Source: a virus
Lineage: Duplodnaviria > Caudoviricetes
Reading direction: 5' to 3' (one strand)
Length of the DNA: 33,347 nt
IMG/VR virus record: IMGVR_UViG_3300047557_002468
Coordinates: 1-33,347 of that record
In this document: positions 17,131 through 27,656 of the stretch, one piece after another
Layout: the number at the start of each line of letters is the position of its first letter
Position numbering within the stretch: position 1 is the first letter of the stretch
The notes under the pieces: generated by a model
The model's input: only the letters and a program-made list of their open reading frames with translations
Told to the model about the DNA's origin: nothing
Database searches by the model: none
Program-made: the position numbers and the translations under genes

Positions 17131-20100
17131 TTACCAATTCAATCTTATTTTTATCAATATGTCTATTTCTGGTGTCTTTTTTACGGGTTTACTTAATTTT
17201 GCAACAGCCAATAATTCTTCCGCGTCATTGTAAAGACCAACTGTTGTTATGTATGTAACTGGATTATACTTAAAAAATTCATGTTTGATTACATTATTAT
17301 TATTCAATGTATCATTAACCATTGTTGGATTATTAGAATAATTTGAAGTTCCAGCACTAACTCGTATGAAATAATGATTTGATTTTTTATTACTTGATCC
17401 TCTTGCTTTCATTTCATACTGATTATCATGTGCATTTTTTATTGAATTAAATAATTTTAATGCATTATTTGTATCAACATTTTCAGACAAATTTGTTTCA
17501 AACGAAAGGTTTTCATCTAATTTTTCTGCATCAAAAACGATTAAACCAAGAGCAGGATATACTTTACCATAAGTTGTAATATATGAATTTGATTCCAAAC
17601 TTCCTGTTCCAGAATCGTGTATTCCATATTCTAAACTTCCACTTACAATATCAAAATATGAAAATACATGATCATTTGTAAATTTATCTTCAAGTATATC
17701 TCTAGAATTATCTATAAAGGTCATTATTTTTGATGGAGTTGAAATATCTGATAATGCAATTTCAAAATTACCAGGATCCAATCTATCTGATAATGAATCT
17801 CTATTAAAGTTTATGGTATAAATATCTTTTCTACCACTTGTCAATGATCCACTTGTATAAGTAGTAAATTCTGTTTCCGATGATTCTAATGCCAATAAAC
17901 GGTTTTGACTGTATATTGCCTTTGTTGTTGAATCGGATGTTTCATATCCACTATAAACAGATCCAGAACCATATTTGTTACCGTAACCTACGGAATAATA
18001 AGAAATTGGTTTGTTATTTTTTAATACAGTATTATCAACTATATTGTAAACATATTTTTTAGATTTCTCATTTTGATACGAACTTGTAAAATGAGAATCA
18101 GGAGATTGATTACCATTGAACAAACCTTTTGTAATCAAATTATCTCTTCCTGTTATTATATCAGAACCCATTTTTAATGGATGAAATATTCTAATGGGGG
18201 ATTGATCACAATCTGCTCTTTTTACTTTTCTATTTAATTTAATTCCAGGACCAAGACCACTATAATCTTGAATGGATAATACTTCTGCACCTCTAATATA
18301 GTCTTTATCTCCAGGAGAATTGTAATCTGGATATTTCATATAAATTTTTGTTGTTTGTAATTCATAACAACCCAAATTATCAGACATATCTACATAAGGT
18401 TCTTGAACTCTAGGTCTTTCTATCGGAATACAATTTTCTGTAAATCCAATTTCTGTTCCAGCAAATTCAACATCTTCCCAAACATCGTATATCGTACCTC
18501 TTTCATTGAAAAGGTTTTCATCAGGTCTCCATTCATATTCTGTGTACTCTGTTCCTAAACAGTCTAAAAGCAGTTCCCATCGTCTTTCCCAATTAAAACT
18601 ACGAATATATGTTGCCTTGTAACCACGATAACAAGCATGATTTGGTATTTTTTCAGGAACAGATGATTTAGTAATCAATTTTATTATTGCATCGCCATAT
18701 GTTTTTACATCGTTTAATTCTCTTTCAGATTTTATGTAACAACCTGTTTTTGGTTGTAAACAACTTAATCTACCATATGATGTTTTGGAAATAAATCCTG
18801 AATCTAATTCTTGTATTGTATTACCGTCTACTGATGATAATAAATCTGGAAGATTATTGTCTGTAATACCGTTTCTTCTTGTTTGTACGTTTTCTTTAAA
18901 TCCACCATATATTTTTATATCACTTTTTGATTGAAACTCGGTTCTTACAACATTTGCAATATAAATCTCATCTCTAACATTTCCAGGTTCACATAAAGTT
19001 TTATTTGGATTTTTTTGATCAAATTTTCCCCAGTACGAATCGTCTGAATCTAATTCTTCTTTTATTTTTTGTATAAATGATCTAAATTTGAATAATTCAT
19101 TTACATTTGTATTATCTAATAAAGCATTACTTGGATTTAATAAATTGGTTGCATCTTGAAGTCTATCTTGTCTTGTTAATGCTTTCCAAGTTAATACATC
19201 GTTTATTTGTTCTGTATCGTAGTAGTATTGATATGATGGTCTTAATCCTCCAAGAAAATCATCACATCTCTCATACCAAAATGATCCAATACCATCTGCA
19301 ATTACAACATTTTCCAACAACAATTTTTGAATTTGGTTTTCTTGACCAAATGGTGTATAACATTGCCAAATATCAACAACAAGTTTTGCACTATGTTTTG
19401 TTGCTTGTTGATCAAAATATGGTGATTTTATATCTGGATTATTTTTTGAAGTTACAGATACTTCTCTTACATTTTTAATAGTTAATATTCTTTTTGATCC
19501 AGTTTTTTTCTTACCTAAAACACTTTCAACTCCTGGATCTGGAATTGCCTTTCCTTTTCCAAGTATTGAAGCAGAATTACTACCCTCTGTTGCATTACTT
19601 GTAAATTTAATAGTTGATGTGTAAGTAACTATTGCATTTGGTGTAAAAGAAACTTCTAAACTTTTTGTTTCACCCGGTTGAAGTATTATAGGACTATCAT
19701 TAGATATTTCAGGCCAATTATACGGTGATAAAACTGCATAAGATGATGATGCACCAAATCCACTATATCCAGTTATTATTAGTTGATCATTACCAGTATT
19801 TTCAATTATTATAGGTAATACCGATGCATTACCTAATTGAACTTCATCAAAATTTACACCTCTTACAGTTATTATTGGTTTACCTTCTGGCAAAACTATT
19901 ACATCTGCGGGTGGGGTGTTTAATTTTGTATCTATATTATTTATAGATTTTTGTATATCTATACTAATTGCTTGCAATAAATTTATTATAGGTCTTGATG
20001 TTATTGATCCAGCAGCAGCTCCTTGTGATATTCTGTTTGTTTCATCATTTATGAATACTTCAGCAACTGCATCAACATCTTCTTTTGCAGAAGACAATGA

Positions 20101-20253
20101 AGATCTTAATTGTGTCAGATTTTTTGGAAGAAAATTTGATAAATCATCTAAAGTATATCCACCTACTGGAAGACTTTTTATAGTTTCAATATTTGCAGGT
20201 GTTAAACCAATCGAATCAATTCTAACTTGTGTATTTTGTCCGTAATTTGCCAT
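17131..20253 (-). CDS. Baseplate/tail-associated structural protein; paralogue 3, with an ASH/choice-of-anchor-D-like Ig domain
   Basis: Ig-like segment VNFDEV...IIIENTGNDQLIIT...ILQPGETKSLEVSFTP...IKFTSNA; C-terminal core DRLDPGNFEI, YGKVYP, YITTVGLYNDAEELLAVAKLSKP. Confidence 0.72.
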   Translation of the reverse strand: MANYGQNTQVRIDSIGLTPANIETIKSLPVGGYTLDDLSNFLPKNLTQLRSSLSSAKEDVDAVAEVFINDETNRISQGAAAGSITSRPIINLLQAISIDIQKSINNIDTKLNTPPADVIVLPEGKPIITVRGVNFDEVQLGNASVLPIIIENTGNDQLIITGYSGFGASSSYAVLSPYNWPEISNDSPIILQPGETKSLEVSFTPNAIVTYTSTIKFTSNATEGSNSASILGKGKAIPDPGVESVLGKKKTGSKRILTIKNVREVSVTSKNNPDIKSPYFDQQATKHSAKLVVDIWQCYTPFGQENQIQKLLLENVVIADGIGSFWYERCDDFLGGLRPSYQYYYDTEQINDVLTWKALTRQDRLQDATNLLNPSNALLDNTNVNELFKFRSFIQKIKEELDSDDSYWGKFDQKNPNKTLCEPGNVRDEIYIANVVRTEFQSKSDIKIYGGFKENVQTRRNGITDNNLPDLLSSVDGNTIQELDSGFISKTSYGRLSCLQPKTGCYIKSERELNDVKTYGDAIIKLITKSSVPEKIPNHACYRGYKATYIRSFNWERRWELLLDCLGTEYTEYEWRPDENLFNERGTIYDVWEDVEFAGTEIGFTENCIPIERPRVQEPYVDMSDNLGCYELQTTKIYMKYPDYNSPGDKDYIRGAEVLSIQDYSGLGPGIKLNRKVKRADCDQSPIRIFHPLKMGSDIITGRDNLITKGLFNGNQSPDSHFTSSYQNEKSKKYVYNIVDNTVLKNNKPISYYSVGYGNKYGSGSVYSGYETSDSTTKAIYSQNRLLALESSETEFTTYTSGSLTSGRKDIYTINFNRDSLSDRLDPGNFEIALSDISTPSKIMTFIDNSRDILEDKFTNDHVFSYFDIVSGSLEYGIHDSGTGSLESNSYITTYGKVYPALGLIVFDAEKLDENLSFETNLSENVDTNNALKLFNSIKNAHDNQYEMKARGSSNKKSNHYFIRVSAGTSNYSNNPTMVNDTLNNNNVIKHEFFKYNPVTYITTVGLYNDAEELLAVAKLSKPVKKTPEIDILIKIRLNW

Positions 20254-20265
20254 ATTTTTCTTCTA

Positions 20266-21387
20266 TTAGTAATCTAATTTAATTTTGATAATCATTTCAG
20301 AATCCGATGTTTTACCAACGGGTTTTGACAATTTAGCAACAGCAAGTAAATCTCTTTCATCGTTATACAAACCAACAGTTGTAATATATGTTACATTTCT
20401 GTAATCATCACCAGTTGCAAGCATTAGTGGTTTAATATACTGTTCGCTTCCTGTTTGATAGTAAGAAACATTATTACTAAAATTAAATTCTCCATTTCCA
20501 ACTCTTGCAAAGTATATTGTTGAATTTATAGTTTCTAATGTTCTACCAAAAAATGCATTATTATTTGAAACTTCCATTGCACCACTTATAGCGTTAAAAA
20601 GTCTACTAGAGTTAAATGAACTACTACCAGTTGCAGGATTTCTTTTAGTATTTATTTTTGCTACATTATCTAGTGCATTTCCATTTAATACAATAATACC
20701 AACATCTGGATACGCTATACCATAAGGTGTTGCTGAACCGTCGCCTGTATAAAGACCGTCTGTTAAACTTCCACTATAAACGTAATAAAAACTTCCTCCA
20801 GGTCCTGTTCTTGAAAGAGAACTACCTAAAAGATATAATTCACTTATAGTTTCATCTACAAGTGTTGTTATTTTACTTCCAGAAACTTCACCAGTTTCAG
20901 CATCAACAGAATGTAATGATAATTGCCAAGATCCAGGTGCCAATTTTTCTTTGAATCTGTTTCTGTTTACATTAAGAACATAGATATGTTCCGATGTTTC
21001 CGTGTATGTGTTTAAGGTGTTTCCATTTTCATCCAAACCATCAAACTTTGAAACAAATTCAAAAAGATTAGTTTCACTTTCCAATAAAAGTTGTTTATAT
21101 TGAGAATATAATGCTTTAGATTCGGAAACATTATTTCCTATTGTTGATCCATTAGATGATCCACTATTTACATAATCACAATATGCTATACTAAACTGTT
21201 TTTCTATTCTAGAGCCGGTTGTATTGTAAACATCTACATAGTATAATTTTTGTATATCTGATTGTAAAGAACTGGAGTATATCTTTGTTAGAGATACATT
21301 ATTTCCACTCCACAACGGTCTTGAAACAAAATCTCGTCTATCGTATGCTATAGATCCTGTTTCAAATTTTTTAAAAACATAAGCCAT
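20266..21387 (-). CDS. Baseplate/tail-associated structural protein; paralogue 2 (core domain only)
   Basis: FSIAY, ALYSQYKQLL, NRNRFKEKLAPG, YGIAYPDVG, YITTVGLYNDERDLLAVAKLSKP. Confidence 0.72.
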   Translation of the reverse strand: MAYVFKKFETGSIAYDRRDFVSRPLWSGNNVSLTKIYSSSLQSDIQKLYYVDVYNTTGSRIEKQFSIAYCDYVNSGSSNGSTIGNNVSESKALYSQYKQLLLESETNLFEFVSKFDGLDENGNTLNTYTETSEHIYVLNVNRNRFKEKLAPGSWQLSLHSVDAETGEVSGSKITTLVDETISELYLLGSSLSRTGPGGSFYYVYSGSLTDGLYTGDGSATPYGIAYPDVGIIVLNGNALDNVAKINTKRNPATGSSSFNSSRLFNAISGAMEVSNNNAFFGRTLETINSTIYFARVGNGEFNFSNNVSYYQTGSEQYIKPLMLATGDDYRNVTYITTVGLYNDERDLLAVAKLSKPVGKTSDSEMIIKIKLDY

Positions 21388-21390
21388 GGT

Positions 21391-22521
21391 TTAATACTCT
21401 AGTTTTACAGTTATTGATAATTCACTATTAAATGATTTTTGTAATGGTTTGCTCAATTTAGCAACAGCAAGTAAATCCTTGTTTTCATTGTAAAGACCTA
21501 TTGTTGTAACATAAACGTGAGGATTATACATAAAACTATCAAAATATGGTTTTCCAATTCTACCTTTTGTTGCATCAGAATTAACAAAAGTAGGATTGTT
21601 AGAATAATTCATTTCATCACTATTAACACGTATAAAAATAGATTGTTGGTGTTTTATTTGAACTGCACGAGCAACAAATCCTAAATTAACCGATTGAGCT
21701 GATCCACTCATTGCTGTAAATAATTTGTAACTATTCTGACCATCAATATTACTTCCACTTACAGTATTAAATGTTACATTATCGTTTAATTTTTCTGCAG
21801 AAATTATTATAGTACCGTTGTCTGGATAAACTTTTCCGTAATAATGTGGATTTGAAGCATCATATATTCCAGTTGCAAGTGATCCACTAACTAAATTACG
21901 AACTTTTGCGGGTTTTTCAGAATATTCGTATTGATCTATTGAATCTAATGAATCATCTATCAGAGATATTATCTTATTTGAAGAAGAAACTTCAACATTA
22001 CTACCAGTGTATAAATTATTAGCAAAAGATCTACCATTTAATTCTGCAATATTTATTTCAAAATTACCAGGATCCAACTTATCACCAAATCTATTTCGAT
22101 TTATGTTTATAGCATAAAAGTGATTTACTTCATCACCATTTTCTAGTGTAAATTTTGTCTCTGTTTCATCTAAACACATCAACTTGTATTGTGAGTAAAT
22201 TGCTCTTGAAGGCGTATCGCTTGCTTGACCAACAACATCATAAGCGGTTGTTACATATTTTGATCCAGAACCGTTTATATTGCCGTAAGCAATAGAAAAC
22301 ATTTCATTTTCTTTTGTGTTTAATGAAGATGACATCCATATTTGTAAATAATATTCTTTTGATGCCTCATTTTGCACAGAACTTGTATAAAAACTTTTTA
22401 AACTAGCAATAGTTGGAGACCACAAACCTTTTGTATAAAGTGAAGTAAATATTTCACTTGCGGTGGTTCCAGTTAATGCCGCCGATTCGTTTTGTGCAAC
22501 CATTTTAAAAATATTTGACAT
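21391..22521 (-). CDS. Baseplate/tail-associated structural protein; paralogue 1 (core domain only)
   Basis: FSIAYG, AIYSQYKLMCL, NRNRFGDKLDPGNFEI, YGKVYPDNG, YVTTIGLYNENKDLLAVAKLSKP. Confidence 0.72.
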   Translation of the reverse strand: MSNIFKMVAQNESAALTGTTASEIFTSLYTKGLWSPTIASLKSFYTSSVQNEASKEYYLQIWMSSSLNTKENEMFSIAYGNINGSGSKYVTTAYDVVGQASDTPSRAIYSQYKLMCLDETETKFTLENGDEVNHFYAININRNRFGDKLDPGNFEINIAELNGRSFANNLYTGSNVEVSSSNKIISLIDDSLDSIDQYEYSEKPAKVRNLVSGSLATGIYDASNPHYYGKVYPDNGTIIISAEKLNDNVTFNTVSGSNIDGQNSYKLFTAMSGSAQSVNLGFVARAVQIKHQQSIFIRVNSDEMNYSNNPTFVNSDATKGRIGKPYFDSFMYNPHVYVTTIGLYNENKDLLAVAKLSKPLQKSFNSELSITVKLEY

Positions 22522-22556
22522 AAATTATCTCACAAGATTATTTTATCTAAAAATCA

Positions 22557-23216
22557 TTACGTTGTTACAGCTTGTGTAACTTGTATTGGAATAACTATAC
22601 GGGCACCTGTTTGGTTTCCGCTAATAATAAGTTTTGTTGTTGCAGTTGTTCCTATTGGTAATTCTGTTCCAGTTGCAACAATCGTAACTCCTTGTGATGC
22701 CGGAACATCTGATACACTAACTGATCTACCGGCCATCATTGATGTTTCCGTTGAAAATGTTGCATATGTATTATCTAAAATATGATAAGAATATGAACTA
22801 TTTGGATCAGTAATTGTTCCAGTTGTACTTAATTGTATTGTTTTTGGTTTTACCAAAACACCCAACGCCTGTGTTCTTTTATTTGTTTCTAATTTAACAA
22901 CACCTGAAGCGATTCCTGGACTTGTAGGATCTATATAAGGTATCTGTGTTGTTCCTGGTGGAAGTGTTATCAGTTTATATTTCAACGACTGTGTTTCATC
23001 TGGAACAGCTTCGGTTATTGGCATATTTTCAATAACAGCTCCATAAAAATCACTTCCTCCTGGATGTGAAGGATTCCATAAATCATAATCAATTTCATCA
23101 TCTGCCAAAGCAAATTGTGTTATGTTAAATTGATTTCTACCTTTTGCTAATAATTCTCTACCTTTTTTAGTAAGAATAGCATCTACCGTTATTGTGGTAT
23201 TATCTAAATAACCCAT
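22557..23216 (-). CDS. Structural protein with a tail-collar/fibre-attachment-like N-terminus
   Basis: ATG at 23216 with AAGGAG upstream (start revised from 23258). DAILTKKGRELLA...FNITQFALADD resembles the N-terminus of P2 gpH/DUF3751-type fibre domains; Thr-rich beta C-terminus. Confidence 0.65.
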   Translation of the reverse strand: MGYLDNTTITVDAILTKKGRELLAKGRNQFNITQFALADDEIDYDLWNPSHPGGSDFYGAVIENMPITEAVPDETQSLKYKLITLPPGTTQIPYIDPTSPGIASGVVKLETNKRTQALGVLVKPKTIQLSTTGTITDPNSSYSYHILDNTYATFSTETSMMAGRSVSVSDVPASQGVTIVATGTELPIGTTATTKLIISGNQTGARIVIPIQVTQAVTT

Positions 23217-23250
23217 ACGATACTCCTTTAAAATAATAACTTTGCAAATT

Positions 23251-23288
23251 AAATACAATACTAATATAAGTATGTTTTTATTGTATTT
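23251..23288 (-). promoter_or_regulatory. Variant late-promoter-like motif TACTTATA flanked by a 10-bp inverted repeat
   Basis: Motif at 23265-23272; arms aaatacaata (23251-23260) and tattgtattt (23279-23288). Confidence 0.45.
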
Positions 23289-23300
23289 TTATAGTTTAAT

Positions 23301-26300
23301 TTACTGATTTATTGTAGCAGGTATTGTTGTTTGTAAATTTGTTACAAAAAACGTTGATTGAAAACCAAAATCTGGACCCAAATTTGGTATCGTATCATTA
23401 TCACCTTTCCACCAAAGAACCCAAGGAAATCCTCTAATATAATCTTGAGATGTTGGGTAATTTAAATACCTTTTTGTACCTTCTATAACACTTTCTTGTA
23501 AATACTGCGGCGTAAATAACTTTTTCATTGCCTTGTAGTTTCCACCTGAACCGGCTATTTCCAATGATGTATTTAATTTTATTATTCTCGGTGCAGTATC
23601 TATCATTCCATATTGATTTTCCGACTTAATTATGTTATCAAAAAATCCACCTCTAATTTCAGTTTTCCAAAATTTACTCTTTGGAAATACATTTATTTCT
23701 ACCGTAGAAGAACCATTTTTAACATTTTCATATGTTAAAAATAATTGATCATTTAAATTATGTTTTGTAAACTCATAATTTTCACGAATAAGTGCATAAT
23801 TTAATAAATTTGAATTTGCAGTATAAAGTGTCAATTCTGGTTTTATTGAATTTTTATACGGATATGGATAATCATTACATCCAAAAAATTCTCTACCTTG
23901 TTTTGCAGTTTCAAATGATTTTGGATTTATGTAATTTGATCCAAAAAATTTGTAATATCCAACATTTTTTATGTAATTCGTTTTATATTTTGGAACTATT
24001 GTGCTATAATAATTATGATTTTCGTATGTTGAAATTTGATTATATGTTGATTTTTTAATAAATGCAAGTGATCCAGATGTATTAAATATTAAATCTAATT
24101 TTGGATTATTTGTTACTTGTATCGTTTCGCCAATAACATTTTTATATGCCTTTGAATCGAGTTTCATTGTATAAGAAACTGTTTCCATTCTTATAGCATC
24201 TTCTATTAACTTTGTTTTTAGTAATGTGTTGTATGTCCTAAATTCTAATTTTGGACTATTACCTATTGGTGTATTTATTACTACTTTTTCTAAATTATTA
24301 ACCTGTCCTTTTGTATGTAGATCTACATCCATGTCTCCAAGTTTTATCTTCTCATCCGTATCTGTAAAAACTGATGTTTCTATTGTTGTTTCTGATTCTA
24401 TTAAATTTACATCTAACATATCACCTTCTTCAAACCCTAAAAACAAAACAGTATGTTTACTATCCAATTCTGCTGGGATTGCATTCGGGTATGGAGAAAT
24501 TACATTTGATTCATAAACAAATCCTTCAGCGTAACCACTTATATTTTTTATTGCAGAAACTTTTGATCTTTCTAAAACATTTGGCTCTATGACTAAACCG
24601 AGAATTTCATTAGTTCTTGCAGGTAATGTCTGTCTTATTTGTTCAAATACACTAAAATCGAATTGTGATATTAGTGAAATGTAAGCATTAAAATCATTTC
24701 TATTTTCGTATTTTTTCCAATATTCATATGCAAAGTTTGTAAGGTCTGGATATTCATCTTTTGATAAATTATCATAACCACCCATGTATTCCGTTAAATC
24801 AACATTTCCTATTGCCTCATATATGTCTTCATTTATTATATGTTGTGGTGAAAATGCAACCATCAATCTATTTGAATCTGGTGCATTCATTTCCAACGTT
24901 GATTTTTCATAAGAATTGTTTATACTTAAAGCACCTGACAATGAAGCGGAATCTATTCTTATTTTTTGAGAATATTCTGTTGATGCACCAGTATTTGCAA
25001 TCTCCATTAAGTAGGTTTCTGTAAAATTTTCAAATGAACTTGTTGTAAAACCAATAAAGTTTGCAACTTTTGATGAACTATAAAATGTATTGTTTTTTTG
25101 ATTTGGATGTAAACTTTGAATACTTGATGTTATATTTGGATCAAAATACTGCCAGAATTTCCATTGTCCTTGTAAATCGTAGTATGAAGATGTTGGTGTA
25201 TTTCCATTATATGATCTAGCTGCCAAAACGTGATTATCAAATGAAGAAGTTGATAACGGATTTGACCAATATCTAATTTCAAATACGGATCCAGAAAGTA
25301 TTTTATTTGTTTCAAAATTTGATCCAGATCCTATGTATAGTTTTCCATCCCTATTCCAAGAATTATTATACTCTGGTTTTAATGTACCATTTACAACAAT
25401 ACTTTTTGTTTCATCTACTACAATTTTTCCATATTTTTCAGTTTTTAATATAAAATCATAAACTTGCTGTACGGAATTATCATCATCTGATATATTTCGT
25501 CTTATCATTATGTTTAATGGAATATCTTCATATATGTACTCATTGTATATCGAAGCTGATAAGTAGTTTGAACCACTTGCAAGATAAAACGTTAGTGTAC
25601 CTTTTTCAATATCCGTTCCATTTTTATTTGCAGTTACGAACCAATCAACACCATTTGATGAACTTTTTTGAAGAATCGTTTGTATTTCATTTGACTGGTA
25701 ATTGTATATTTTTTCAGGTTGCATTTTCCATCTAAATGTAACCGTATCAGGATATTTCCATTCATCATAATGATTTACTTTTTCCCATGGTATTTCAATT
25801 TTTTGATTTTTACCAGCAAGTGAACCTTCAAAATTTAAATAATAAGTTGATTTTTCATATAAATTTTTACCCAAATCGTAAGAATTTGGATTATATGCAC
25901 CACCATATTCTCTTATTGTTAAAAGTGTTTGTGGTATTCCGTATGCGGCAAGTAAAGCTCGTATTCCTCTACTGGTTCCCTTTGTTCCATATATGTATGG
26001 TAAGTTATTTAGTATTCTTCTCCATACTTCTTTTGTTCTTTCTTCTTCTGTTTTATTGTATTTTTCACCGAGAACATTGTATTTTGCATCTACATTATCA
26101 TTTAAACCAAGTGCATATTCCCATAATTCTTTATCACTTATATTAGATGATAAATCCCAACCTAAATTTTTTGTTACAATTTGTATCAAATCTTGTGATA
26201 TTCCAGATTTTGGATCCTCTTTTCTTAAATGTTTGTAAAGTATATGTTCATTGTAAGTGTATATTATATCAAAATGTTGTCCTATCATGTTTACGAAAGA

Positions 26301-27656
26301 TATAAATTGTTCATTATTAACATCTTCCGTAATATGACTTGGTAATACTTTACTCAATAAATTTGGATTATTTGCATCGTTATATTCTGCTAAAACTAAA
26401 GTTGCATTATACCAATTTTCTCCTGGAGTTTCTGTTGTTTTCCAAAATTTAAATTTACCATTTTTTGTTTTAATATCTTCGTTTGATGATATTTCGTATT
26501 TGGGATATGGTGTAATTAAATTTGTTTCTAAATTGAAAGGATCGTAGTTATATTGTTCATAATATAGCCATTTTTCCCATTCATCAAAACCAGTAATAAG
26601 TTTATCTTTTAAATTTTTTACATTTATTATATTAGTTTCTATTTCATCATATGAACCTGCATAAGATTGTAAATTACTTATTTGTGTATTATATGATTCT
26701 AACAGTTTCATTTTGTAAATGAAATTGTTTAATCTTTCTACTGCAGAAGAATAATAACAAAAATTACTAAAACTTGTAAAATCTATGTTTATCTGTATTG
26801 GTTTTGTATCACCGTAAACATATTTGTTTAATATTTCTTGTGATGTTTGTAAATTTGTTGATAATAAGTCATTCCAAGATTTAAAATCAGTTTCAGTTAC
26901 AGTATTATATGAATAATCTACATTGTAGTTTGGTCCACGCAATAGATTTTCTGTATTTATAGTTTGAACTGTATCTGAGTGTATTTTTATATTATCAATG
27001 TAAGGTTTGAATATTTGAGTAGATAACCAACACTCGTATCTTAAACCTAAATCTAATGGTAAAGGATAAAATAGTTTTACATAAAAATAAGTTTCACTAC
27101 CATCGGATGTAATATTTATTACATCAACTATTTTATTTTCACCAAAATTTAATACTATTGGTGGAAAATATGATTTTGGTTTTAAGTATTCTAATACAAA
27201 GTTTTTTAGTTTGTTTACTTCTGTTAAATCGTTTGGATTTGTTAAAGCCAAAACCAATTCTCGTCTATCATTAGATATTTCTGCAATAAAAAGTTTTGTT
27301 GCAGAAAACTCACTACTTATGTAATTTCTCAAAAAGTTATAGACAATTTTGTAAGATCCAGGTTGAACTACAAAATTGTTTAAATCTTCTTTTATGTTTA
27401 ATCTAATATTTTGTGGATCATTTTCATCATCAACGGACCAATTTTTTATATCATACAGTGATCCAATATAACCACCGTCCCCATAAAATAGATGCATTTC
27501 AAAAGAATCTTTTTTAATATTATTCTGTGAATCATCCTTTACATTAAGAACTGGAACTATAACTCGTCTATCTTTTGAAATTACATATCTAGAACCACGA
27601 ATTGGTATAGATGAGTTTAAAATTTCTTCTATATTTTGGTATTGAAAATTATTCAT
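23301..27656 (-). CDS. Large baseplate wedge protein (P2 gpI / T4 gp7-like core) with a LamG-like domain
   Basis: FVNMIGQHFD...LGWDL...NNLPYIYGTKGTSRGIRALLAAYG is the gpI-type KGT motif; LYIG...LSGSVFEIRYWSNPL is a LamG-like ending; lies downstream of gp25/gp6 homologues. Confidence 0.68.
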   Translation of the reverse strand: MNNFQYQNIEEILNSSIPIRGSRYVISKDRRVIVPVLNVKDDSQNNIKKDSFEMHLFYGDGGYIGSLYDIKNWSVDDENDPQNIRLNIKEDLNNFVVQPGSYKIVYNFLRNYISSEFSATKLFIAEISNDRRELVLALTNPNDLTEVNKLKNFVLEYLKPKSYFPPIVLNFGENKIVDVINITSDGSETYFYVKLFYPLPLDLGLRYECWLSTQIFKPYIDNIKIHSDTVQTINTENLLRGPNYNVDYSYNTVTETDFKSWNDLLSTNLQTSQEILNKYVYGDTKPIQINIDFTSFSNFCYYSSAVERLNNFIYKMKLLESYNTQISNLQSYAGSYDEIETNIINVKNLKDKLITGFDEWEKWLYYEQYNYDPFNLETNLITPYPKYEISSNEDIKTKNGKFKFWKTTETPGENWYNATLVLAEYNDANNPNLLSKVLPSHITEDVNNEQFISFVNMIGQHFDIIYTYNEHILYKHLRKEDPKSGISQDLIQIVTKNLGWDLSSNISDKELWEYALGLNDNVDAKYNVLGEKYNKTEEERTKEVWRRILNNLPYIYGTKGTSRGIRALLAAYGIPQTLLTIREYGGAYNPNSYDLGKNLYEKSTYYLNFEGSLAGKNQKIEIPWEKVNHYDEWKYPDTVTFRWKMQPEKIYNYQSNEIQTILQKSSSNGVDWFVTANKNGTDIEKGTLTFYLASGSNYLSASIYNEYIYEDIPLNIMIRRNISDDDNSVQQVYDFILKTEKYGKIVVDETKSIVVNGTLKPEYNNSWNRDGKLYIGSGSNFETNKILSGSVFEIRYWSNPLSTSSFDNHVLAARSYNGNTPTSSYYDLQGQWKFWQYFDPNITSSIQSLHPNQKNNTFYSSSKVANFIGFTTSSFENFTETYLMEIANTGASTEYSQKIRIDSASLSGALSINNSYEKSTLEMNAPDSNRLMVAFSPQHIINEDIYEAIGNVDLTEYMGGYDNLSKDEYPDLTNFAYEYWKKYENRNDFNAYISLISQFDFSVFEQIRQTLPARTNEILGLVIEPNVLERSKVSAIKNISGYAEGFVYESNVISPYPNAIPAELDSKHTVLFLGFEEGDMLDVNLIESETTIETSVFTDTDEKIKLGDMDVDLHTKGQVNNLEKVVINTPIGNSPKLEFRTYNTLLKTKLIEDAIRMETVSYTMKLDSKAYKNVIGETIQVTNNPKLDLIFNTSGSLAFIKKSTYNQISTYENHNYYSTIVPKYKTNYIKNVGYYKFFGSNYINPKSFETAKQGREFFGCNDYPYPYKNSIKPELTLYTANSNLLNYALIRENYEFTKHNLNDQLFLTYENVKNGSSTVEINVFPKSKFWKTEIRGGFFDNIIKSENQYGMIDTAPRIIKLNTSLEIAGSGGNYKAMKKLFTPQYLQESVIEGTKRYLNYPTSQDYIRGFPWVLWWKGDNDTIPNLGPDFGFQSTFFVTNLQTTIPATINQ

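Noticed and set aside
12598-22521. Diversity-generating retroelement or invertible cassette behind the repeated C-termini
   Set aside because: Copies differ at all base types and mostly synonymously, all face the same way, and no reverse transcriptase or invertase is in the window.
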